A DNA stretch of 21,225 bases, filler included, from an uncultured virus (IMG/VR IMGVR_UViG_2049941000_000845) (taxonomy: Duplodnaviria; Heunggongvirae; Uroviricota; Caudoviricetes). It is 3 parts of one record of this genome, joined end to end, with 100 filler letters (N's around TTAATTAATTAA, not from the genome) between each part and the next. Parts side by side here need not be neighbours in the genome. Positions count along the whole stretch, not along the records: positions 1 to 769 come from IMGVR_UViG_2049941000_000845; positions 870 to 1,926 come from IMGVR_UViG_2049941000_000845; positions 2,027 to 21,225 come from IMGVR_UViG_2049941000_000845. The stretch is one strand, 5' to 3'. Shown here in pieces: positions 1 through 7,155 of the stretch (positions are counted from its first letter, which is position 1; each line of letters opens with the position of its first letter). The translations under genes were made by a program, and so were the position numbers. The notes under the pieces are model-generated. The model had not been told where the DNA came from and did no database searches. It worked only from the letters and a program-made list of their open reading frames with translations.

Positions 1-769
1 CCTGTTAATACTCCTTTCACCGTTTTCTTTGCATGAAAAGATAATAAATAAGTGCTTGCCGAGACAGTCGAGTAAAACGGTTCATCTAATGCAAAGACTA
101 TTCGATCAATGTTATTGAGGATTGCGTCGTTAAATACTATTCTGCCACAATCAATTCCAAGCTGTGATACCAGAAGCTTAAAGACATTTTCTTCGGGATT
201 ATTTTCTCTATCATACGAATACTCAATATGATATGTGCTACCTTTGTCCATGAGTCGATCTTTAAGTATAGCCGCTATAATTCCAGAGTCTATTCCACCA
301 CTTAAAAATAAGCCAATAGGCACTTCACCATGGTCGAATGTACTATCGATATTCCTTTTTAATACATTTCTACACTCATCTGCATTAAACAGTCTTTGCG
401 AAAAATCGGTATTATACTGCACATAACATTTCTTTGAGATCTCGCCATCTCGATAAAAAGTAATCTGTTCCCCTGCTTTTAACTTGGAAACTTTTTCATA
501 TATACTATAAGGGGCGGGAATAAATCTGAAAGATAAGTACATTTCTATCGCCAAAGGATTAATTTCCAGTGGATACACGGCTCGAATAGCCTTTAATTCA
601 GAAGCAAGTATGTACGCATATTCATCTTCATAGTAATATAGTGNNNNNNNNNNGACTTCACCCAAAGTACCAAATGTTGTCTCACCCACCTCCTTGCGTA
701 ATGACTTGTAGTTGTATATCTCGCCATTGAATATTACAGCGGTTCTCTCGTTCGTGTCCCAAAAAGGCT
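1..769 (-). CDS. asnB: Asparagine synthase (glutamine-hydrolysing)-family amidotransferase, partial at both ends, internal gap 644-653; absent from the ORF track
   Basis: Manual minus-strand translation gives QPFWDTNERTAVIFNGEIYNY (class II GATase motif), LYYY..ILASELKAI, YLSFRFIPAPYSIYEKVSKL, VPIGLFLSGGIDSGII (PP-loop) and LDEPF, ending near KGVLTG at the window edge. Confidence 0.93.
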
Positions 770-813
770 NNNNNNNNNNNNNNNNNNNNNNNNNNNNNNN
801 NNNNNNNNNNNNN

Positions 814-825
814 TTAATTAATTAA
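814..825. other. Artificial scaffold linker TTAATTAATTAA (stops in all six frames) inside an N run
   Basis: 12-mer flanked by N runs on both sides; identical copy at 1971-1982. Confidence 0.95.
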
Positions 826-869
826 NNNNNNNNNNNNNNNNNNNNNNNNNNNNNNNNNNNNNNNNNNNN

Positions 870-1926
870 ACTAGTGCGTCTACCGGTATCGATTCAAAAA
901 AGTTTACAGCTTCTTCAGGGGTCATTATGATTGGTTGTCCTTTATCGTTGAACGATGTGTTTAGGATTAAAGGGCAACCCGTCTTGTCGTAAAACCGTTT
1001 TATAAGGGAGTAATACAACGGCTTTGTTCGTTCGTTAACTGTCTGAGGTCTTGTTGTTCCATCTGCTTTATGAATTACGGATGGGATGCGTTTTATCCAT
1101 TCGTCTCTGACGCGGAATGCTTCAATCATAAATGGATATTCTTTTTTAGAATCATATCCTTCAAGTATAGAATGACAATGCTCTTCTAGTATAGAGCAAG
1201 CAAAAGGACGCCATTTTTCGCGGTGCTTAATTAAATTGTTTATTTTATCAGACATATCTGGTATTTGAGGATTCGCAAGAATAGATCTGCTACCTAAAGC
1301 CCTCGCTCCCATCTCCATTCTTCCCTCAAACCAACAAACAATTTTCCCGGCGGCTATAAGCTCAGCAACCGTATCTGCCAAGTCTGTCGGAATAATAGGC
1401 TTTACATGTGATACCTTGATGGCATTTTCTATTTCGCTATCAGAATACTGGGGTCCAAAATCCAAGGTTTTTAATGTACCATGCCCTTTTTTCGATGTAT
1501 AATACAATCCGGCTCCTAAAGCTATCCCTGTGTCACCAGCTAATGGCTGTACGAANNNNNNNNNNAACAGCTGATTCTCCTATGCCATCTACAACAACAC
1601 CAACAGCGTTATAAAAGCCAGAGGACTCATAGCTTGAAGCAATATGTGCCAAATGATGCTCACAAAACAACACTTCAATTGTTTCCGGTGCAGAGCATTT
1701 CTGTATGATTAGTTTTCGGACATTGTCTTGGCAACGGAAAAAGCTGTATCTGTCAATAATATTAGTATTGATAATGCTATCAATTAGCCGGCTGCCGCAA
1801 ATAGAGTTTAAATCAGTATCTTTTTTGCATTTTTGAATGATATCAAGAATTTCAAGATTAAGACGATCCATCCATAAAGCCGGGTCATATCCAATCACTA
1901 TCGCATCAATATCATCCCAAGTCAAA
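870..1926 (-). CDS. Carbamoyltransferase (NodU/CmcH/TobZ family), two sequenced fragments (1566-1926 and 870-1555) with the middle and both ends missing
   Basis: N-part has EHHLAHIASSY and VVVDGIGE (Kae1-like metal ligands). C-part has FVQPLAGDTGIALGA, WFEGRMEMGARALGSRSILANP, IKHREKWRPFA, HKADGTTRPQTV and LNTSFN. Confidence 0.95.
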
Positions 1927-1970
1927 NNNNNNNNNNNNNNNNNNNNNNNNNNNNNNNNNNNNNNNNNNNN

Positions 1971-1982
1971 TTAATTAATTAA
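1971..1982. other. Artificial scaffold linker TTAATTAATTAA
   Basis: Same 12-mer as 814-825, embedded in Ns. Confidence 0.95.
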
Positions 1983-2026
1983 NNNNNNNNNNNNNNNNNN
2001 NNNNNNNNNNNNNNNNNNNNNNNNNN

Positions 2027-2273
2027 ACTCAGGGCAACCAAGCGCTCTTATTACGCCTTCGACCATCATAGCGGATAAATCAACAGGTTCAGATGAATAT
2101 ACAAAGACATATCCCGGAAGCAAGTCAAATAGAATATCGATATTCTTTCCCTGCCTTCTTTGGCGCTTGATTATTTTTGGTGATAACGCTCTATGAATTC
2201 CAGCCTTTTCTAAAGCATTTGCGACTTGCTGACATTTCTTGGTTTCGCAGAACAAACAATAACAGTAATCCAT
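2027..2273 (-). CDS. NusG-paralogue transcription antiterminator (LoaP/UpxY-like) NGN domain; C-terminal KOW region lost in gap
   Basis: MDYCYCLFCETKK...SPKIIKRQRRQGKNIDILFDLLPGYVFV...VEGVIRALG matches the NGN pattern (W/Y-Y-x-L start, LxPGYVFV, GVxRxLG). GGAG lies ~10 nt before the ATG at 2273. Confidence 0.8.
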
Positions 2274-2490
2274 TTGGGTAAGCTCCGCCATTAGTCGAAT
2301 CATTCGGCGAAGCAATTCGACTAAAAATCGTACTTTATATTCAAACTAAGCATTATTACAGCAAGCCACTGATAATATGCGATAGTTTTGCCTCATTGGT
2401 TGGTTCGCAAATCGATGAAATAGTTCTTCGAACCATCGATGATGCGAATTCGTCGTCCACCGCAGATATTTGCAACACCAACCTATTATC

Positions 2491-2519
2491 ATTATATCAT
2501 TTGTCGCCGATGTTGTCAA
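2491..2519 (-). promoter_or_regulatory. Consensus sigma-A promoter for the antiterminator operon
   Basis: Minus strand TTGACA (2519-2514), 17 bp spacer, TATAAT (2496-2491), with TGn extended -10. Confidence 0.88.
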
Positions 2520-2565
2520 TATGTCGCCGTAGTTGACGAGCGTTTTTTGTACCATTTTTTCAAGG

Positions 2566-3898
2566 GGGAAATTCTCAAAGTAAATGCAACANNNNNNNNN
2601 NNNNNNNNNNNNNNNNNNNNNNNNNNNNNNNNNNNNNNNNNNNNNNNNNNNNNNNNNNNNNNNNNNNNNNNNNNNNNNNNNNNNNNNNNNNNNNNNNNNN
2701 NNNNNNNNNNNNNNNNNNNNNNNNNNNNNNNNNNNNNNNNNNNNNNNNNNNNNNNNNNNNNNNTCGGAAAGAACCAAACCACGGTTTCACGCGAAGTAAA
2801 GCTGCATTTGCAGTCATACACAAGCGGACACACACGTTTGGACGAGCCATGCCCTTTACTTTTGAAAGCGCCGTTTGTATGTAACGGCTGCGACAAAAAG
2901 AGCAAGAGCAGCTGCCGATATCGCAGGCAAGTATATTCGGCAAAGAAAGCCCAAGAGGAATATGCCGAGCTGCTGAAAGAAGCGCGAAGCGGCGTTGCAC
3001 TAAGCAGGGAAAGCTTCTATGAAGCCGAACGCATAATATCAGCGGGTGTCAGGGCCGGTCAGCACATCTATCACATAATCAAAGCAAACAAGCTTAAGGT
3101 TTCAACCGCAACCGTGTATAGGCATATTCAGAGACGCTATTACAGCATCAGCGCTTTGGATCTGCCGAGAGCTGTCAAATTTAAAATACGCAAGAGCAGA
3201 AATTCAGAAGTCATTCCTGCGAGGGTGAAAAAAGGGCGAACCTATCAGGACTTTTTGGAGTTCATGGAGGCTCATCCGGAGCTTTCGGTCGCGGAGCTTG
3301 ATACAGTAATCGGCCGTATCGGAGGAAAAACGATCATGACCATCCATATAGTAAGTTGTGACTTTATGTTCGGACTTCTCCTTGAGAATAAAAGCGCAGC
3401 TCAAGTAACGGAAAAGATAACCGCACTGAAGCAAAGGCTATCATCATTTGGCTTCGACTTCGGCGACCTCATGCCGGTGTTTCTAACCGACAACGGCGGT
3501 GAGTTCGGCAATCCCTTCGCTTTTNNNNNNNNNNNNNNNNNNNNNNNNNNNNNNNNNNNNNNNNNNNNNNNNNNNNNNNNNNNNNNNNNNNNNNNNNGAA
3601 TCCCGCTTGTTTTTCTGCGAGCCTTCCTCTCCTGAGCAAAAGCCGCATATAGAGAAGAACCATACACTGTTCCGTGATATCCTCCCAAAGGGAAGCTCTT
3701 AGTATTGATAATGCTATCNNNNNNNNNNGTCTGAGAAACCCTTTCTCAGGCTTATTAAGCTTGCCATGCTTTTCGATAATTGAACGTTATTCTCACTCAA
3801 TTCGCTCTTTTCTCGCCTTTTCTCAGACTAATTGCAGTTCGTTTCTCATAGTAAACGCAACCTGTTTGCTACTGTTGCATTTACTTTGAGAATTTACC
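2566..3898 (+). mobile_element. IS30-family insertion sequence with both terminal IRs and target duplication
   Basis: Perfect 23-bp IR AAATTCTCAAAGTAAATGCAACA (2569-2591) / TGTTGCATTTACTTTGAGAATTT (3873-3895), extendable outward with one mismatch. Direct repeat CATTTTTTCAAGG at 2553-2565 and 3899-3911. Transposase inside. Confidence 0.92.
2764..3700 (+). CDS. IS30-family DDE transposase (gapped; start and C-terminus unsequenced)
   Basis: GKNQTTVSREVK (HTH), VSTATVYRHI, ELDTVIG, LTDNGGEF, FCEPSSPEQKPHIEKNH...ILPKG; Cys-rich insert CPLLLKAPFVCNGC. Confidence 0.93.
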
Positions 3899-4136
3899 CA
3901 TTTTTTCAAGGAATAACTCTTGATGCTGTGCCCACCAGTCAGGAAAAGACATTATTCCACTGTTCTTCTAACATGGTCTTCATTTGTGCATGTGGTGAGT
4001 TGGCGAAGCAACATAAATTCAACTTTGCCTTGGCAAAAGCCCTTGCGATAAAAGTTTTCTCAATCGGGGATACAAAAAAGTATAATCCAAATTAGAGTTC
4101 TTCTATGTTGTTGCTGTCATACATTTTAATTTTGCC

Positions 4137-4348
4137 TGTTGCTGTTGTCAGAGGGTGTTGTCGCTTTTTTCTCTGCTGTTGCCGTTTTTCTCTGTGGGTG
4201 TTGTCGTTTTCTCCGTTGCTGTTGTAACCCCCAATCTTGCTGTTGCTATGTTGTCAGTGGCAATCAGACATAAAGAAAGAGCTGCCAGAGAACCCCTAAT
4301 CTCTGAAAGCCCCTGATTTCAAGCCATTCTGCTATTCTGACAACAGCA
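4137..4348. repeat. Phased TGTTG repeat array with a 13-bp inverted repeat
   Basis: TGTTG starts at 4156, 4177, 4199, 4220, 4241 (21-22 bp period), with extra copies at 4137, 4143, 4249. TGCTGTTGTCAGA (4140-4152) is the exact reverse complement of TCTGACAACAGCA (4336-4348). Confidence 0.75.
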
Positions 4349-4419
4349 TTTCTTTGTATCAATTCTTGGGTTTACATTTCGGACGGGATTTCTGGCACAA
4401 ATTATTGAAAAGTAGTATT

Positions 4420-4801
4420 TCGCACACGATTACCCCATCTCGCACACGATTACTGCGTNNNNNNNNNNNNNNNNNNNNNNNNNNNNNNNNNNNNNNNNNN
4501 NNNNNNNNNNNNNNNNNNNNNNNNNNNNNNNNNNNNNNNNNNNNNNNNNNNNNNNNNNNNNNNNNNNNNNNNNNNNNNNNNNNNNNNNNNNNNNNNNNNN
4601 NNNNNNNNNNNNNNNNNNNNNNNNNNNNNNNNNNNNNNNNNNNNNNNNNNNNNNNNNNNNNNNNNNNNNNNNNNNNNNNNNNNNNNNNNNNNNNNNNNNN
4701 NNNNNNNNNNNNNNNNNNNNNNNNNNNTTCGCCCCAAAAGCACGAAAAGCCCCGACAGATTACTCTACCGAGGCTTTCGTCAATTTGGTATTCGTGTGCG
4801 A
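4420..4801. repeat. TCGCACACGA repeats resembling integrase arm-type sites
   Basis: TCGCACACGATTAC at 4420-4433 and 4440-4453; inverted TCGTGTGCGA at 4792-4801 (across an N gap). Confidence 0.7.
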
Positions 4802-4851
4802 GAAGTCTGTAAGTCCCTTGCGATAAGGGCTTTCTCAATTTGGTGGGGTGC

Positions 4852-4893
4852 AAAAAAGAAGAACGCCTATTGTATCCAAATAAGCGTTCTTCT
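4852..4893 (-). terminator. Intrinsic terminator directly after tRNA-Leu
   Basis: Stem AGAAGAACGC (4857-4866) / GCGTTCTTCT (4884-4893) followed on the minus strand by a T run. Confidence 0.85.
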
Positions 4894-4894
4894 A

Positions 4895-4935
4895 TGGTGC
4901 GCGAGGCGGGAGTTGAACCCGCACGTCCGGAGTGG
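4895..4935 (-). tRNA. tRNA 3' half, most likely tRNA-Leu (anticodon and 5' half in the gap)
   Basis: Minus strand CCACTCCGGACGT-GCGGG-TTCAACT-CCCGC-CTCGCGC-A-CCA shows a T-arm, acceptor strand, A discriminator, encoded CCA and a long variable arm. Confidence 0.88.
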
Positions 4936-4967
4936 NNNNNNNNNNGGAATCGCTTGACTGCTTGGGT

Positions 4968-4996
4968 ATAATACCACAAATCGCCCGGTTTGTCAA
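4968..4996 (-). promoter_or_regulatory. Sigma-A promoter, probably of the tRNA gene
   Basis: Minus strand TTGACA (4996-4991), 17 bp, TATTAT (4973-4968) with TGn; points toward the tRNA across a 10-N gap. Confidence 0.8.
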
Positions 4997-5297
4997 CAGT
5001 TTTTTTCAGCTTTTTTGGAATTGACATTCTGGTGACATTCTGGCGGTTGACGGTTTCTGTTTTTGTGCTTTTTTGCTTTTTGACGATTTCCGCTTTTAGG
5101 CTTCCAATCGTCGGCTGCCGGGCGCCATACATACAACACAACATATGAGACGGTTCTCTGTAACATTATGGCATAATATAATTTCTATGAATTGCATAAT
5201 CAAAATATGTTCCACAAACAACGCGGAGAACTATCCCCTGTAATAAAACCGTTCCCTGTGATGCCTTAATTGTCATCTGAATAGCCATTAATGGTTT

Positions 5298-6578
5298 ATG
5301 TTTTTTCTATTCAAGTATGGTGAGCTATCAGCGAGCCCGGCAGACAGCGTTTGCCAGAAGTGCGGCAGGAAAATGCACGTCCACGGCAACTATCCGACCT
5401 GCCTTCGGCACTTAAACTTCGGCGGCAAGCTGAGTTGCGTCTGCTTCGAGAAGTCTCGGTACTACTGTCCCGCCTGCCGCCACAGCCAGATGCAGGGAAT
5501 CCCCTTCAAGGCTGAGAACCACAACATCACCCGCGAGCTGGAGCAGTACGCCAGAGATTTGCTTGCATACGGCCTGACAAACAAAGCCGTTGCGGAGATT
5601 ACCGGCCTCGGGAAGAACGTCGTCAAAGAGATTGACTTGAAGCGGCTACAGGAGAAGTATACCATCGACGGCAAGAAGCTCATTCAGCCGGAGCGCCAGG
5701 CGAAGTTCCTCGGGATCGACGAGTTCAAGCTTCATGACGGTCACAAATACGCGACGTCCATCATTGACATGGAGACCGGACACATTCTCTGGCTTGCACA
5801 CGGAAAGAAGAAAGCCGTGGTCTACGGTTTCATAGACCACGTCGGCCTGGAATGGATGGACGGCGTCGAGGCCGTCGCCTGCGACATGAATTCAGACTTT
5901 CAGGAAGCCTTTGAAGAACGCTGCCCGCATATCCAGCCGGTATTCGACTACTTCCACATTGTCAAAAACTTTAACGATAAGGTTGTCAGCGAGATTCGGA
6001 GGGACGAGCAGCGCCGCTTGATTGAGGAGGGGCAGCCTGAGGCCGCCGCAAAGCTGAAGAAGACGAAGTACATCCTGACTTCTTCCCGCCAGACCCTTCA
6101 GCGAAAGGACCAGGAGGCAGCAGAGGTCAAAGTCATCGCCGGTGGCGGGACGCTGTTCCCACAGCCGGAGGTTGTCCGCAAGTCCGGTTACATGGAGCGC
6201 TACGAGGCGTTGCTCCGGGAGAACAAGCTGTTCTTTACCCTGGACTTGATCAAGGAAAAACTAACGGCAGCCTACGCACTGACAGACGAGATCAAGATGG
6301 CAACCGAGATCAGCGAGATCATGGACCTGTGCCGAGCATCCGAGAATGAACACCTACTATGGTTTTGTCGCCTTCTCAATTCACATTTTGAAGGGGTTAT
6401 CGCTCACGCGACCTACAACATCTCTGCCGGAAAGCTGGAAGGAATCAACAACAAAATCAAAACCCTCCGCCGCCAAGGCTACGGCTATCCAGATGACGAT
6501 TACTTCTTCCTCAAGCTTTTCGACGCAAGCCGCAAATCCTATATCCGTAACCCTAAATCACACAAGAAAAATGATTGA
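5298..6578 (+). CDS. ISL3-family transposase; 5' end uncertain, possibly truncated
   Basis: N-terminal Zn finger (CQKC...CPAC), LGIDEFKLHDGHKYAT, AVACDM, VFDYFHIVK, ISAGKLEGINNKIKTLRRQGYGY. The sequence ends TGATTGACC, like an ISL3 right end. Confidence 0.95.
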   Translation: MFFLFKYGELSASPADSVCQKCGRKMHVHGNYPTCLRHLNFGGKLSCVCFEKSRYYCPACRHSQMQGIPFKAENHNITRELEQYARDLLAYGLTNKAVAEITGLGKNVVKEIDLKRLQEKYTIDGKKLIQPERQAKFLGIDEFKLHDGHKYATSIIDMETGHILWLAHGKKKAVVYGFIDHVGLEWMDGVEAVACDMNSDFQEAFEERCPHIQPVFDYFHIVKNFNDKVVSEIRRDEQRRLIEEGQPEAAAKLKKTKYILTSSRQTLQRKDQEAAEVKVIAGGGTLFPQPEVVRKSGYMERYEALLRENKLFFTLDLIKEKLTAAYALTDEIKMATEISEIMDLCRASENEHLLWFCRLLNSHFEGVIAHATYNISAGKLEGINNKIKTLRRQGYGYPDDDYFFLKLFDASRKSYIRNPKSHKKND

Positions 6579-6856
6579 CCCAAAATTTTTTCAAAAACAC
6601 CCGCCATTTTACCCCCTAAAAATGGATAGGTGAAGAGGTTGTCCGATCAGTCTCTTCTCCTGGCTACAACCAGGACCTGCAGCTTGAAAACTGAACAGTC
6701 CGTTTCACAAACGATACCTTGCTGAGCATGGCGCGGTGACCGCAAGAGAGCCCATCCCTCCAGCATTTGCAGACGCGGAGACCTCAGACAAGGGGCTGCC
6801 GCAGGAACGATAGTGAGAACGGGCGACCAATAATACTTCAACAGGAGGAGCTATAA

Positions 6857-7066
6857 ATGAATGTTGGCAATAACGAAAAAGTTCCGATTTCCCAAAAGCT
6901 TACGCTGACAATTCGGGAAGCAGCTGAGTATAGCAACATAGGGATAAATAAAATCGACAGTATGCTTCGCTCTCCCGGCTGCACGTTCGTCCTTTTTGTC
7001 GGCACCAAGAAGCTGGTGAAGCGCAAAGAATTTGAAGCATATATCAGCAGCAATCTGGTAATTTGA
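6857..7066 (+). CDS. xis: Tn916-type excisionase
   Basis: VPISQKLTLTIREAAEYSNIGINKI...VGTKKLVKRKEFEAYI; AGGAGG RBS; directly upstream of an integrase. Confidence 0.9.
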   Translation: MNVGNNEKVPISQKLTLTIREAAEYSNIGINKIDSMLRSPGCTFVLFVGTKKLVKRKEFEAYISSNLVI

Positions 7067-7077
7067 AAAACGAAGTC

Positions 7078-7131
7078 TTGAAAAAAAGGTCCTGCTGTGC
7101 TACACTAACACCGTTACAGCAGGGTCTTTTT
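7078..7131 (+). promoter_or_regulatory. Putative integrase promoter overlapping a terminator-like inverted repeat
   Basis: TTGAAA (7078-7083), 17 bp, TGn-TACACT (7101-7106). IR CCTGCTGT (7091-7098) / ACAGCAGG (7116-7123) followed by a T run. Confidence 0.6.
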
Positions 7132-7155
7132 CTCATCTAGAGAAAGGGGCTCAAT

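Noticed and set aside
235..426. 63-aa plus-strand ORF
   Set aside because: Antisense to the asnB-like gene.
3700..3702. Nonsense mutation in the IS30 transposase
   Set aside because: The TAG comes from a 20-bp segment identical to 1762-1781 at a contig end, probably chimeric.
3832..4095. 87-aa plus-strand ORF
   Set aside because: It crosses the IS30 right IR, the target duplication and the att-like relic, with no RBS or motif.
4137..4260. Possible CRISPR array
   Set aside because: Period is only 21-22 bp, the repeats are degenerate, there are no unique spacers and no cas genes.
4954..4972. Plus-strand TTGACT...TATAAT promoter
   Set aside because: The spacer is only 7 bp; the minus-strand promoter with a 17-bp spacer explains the region.
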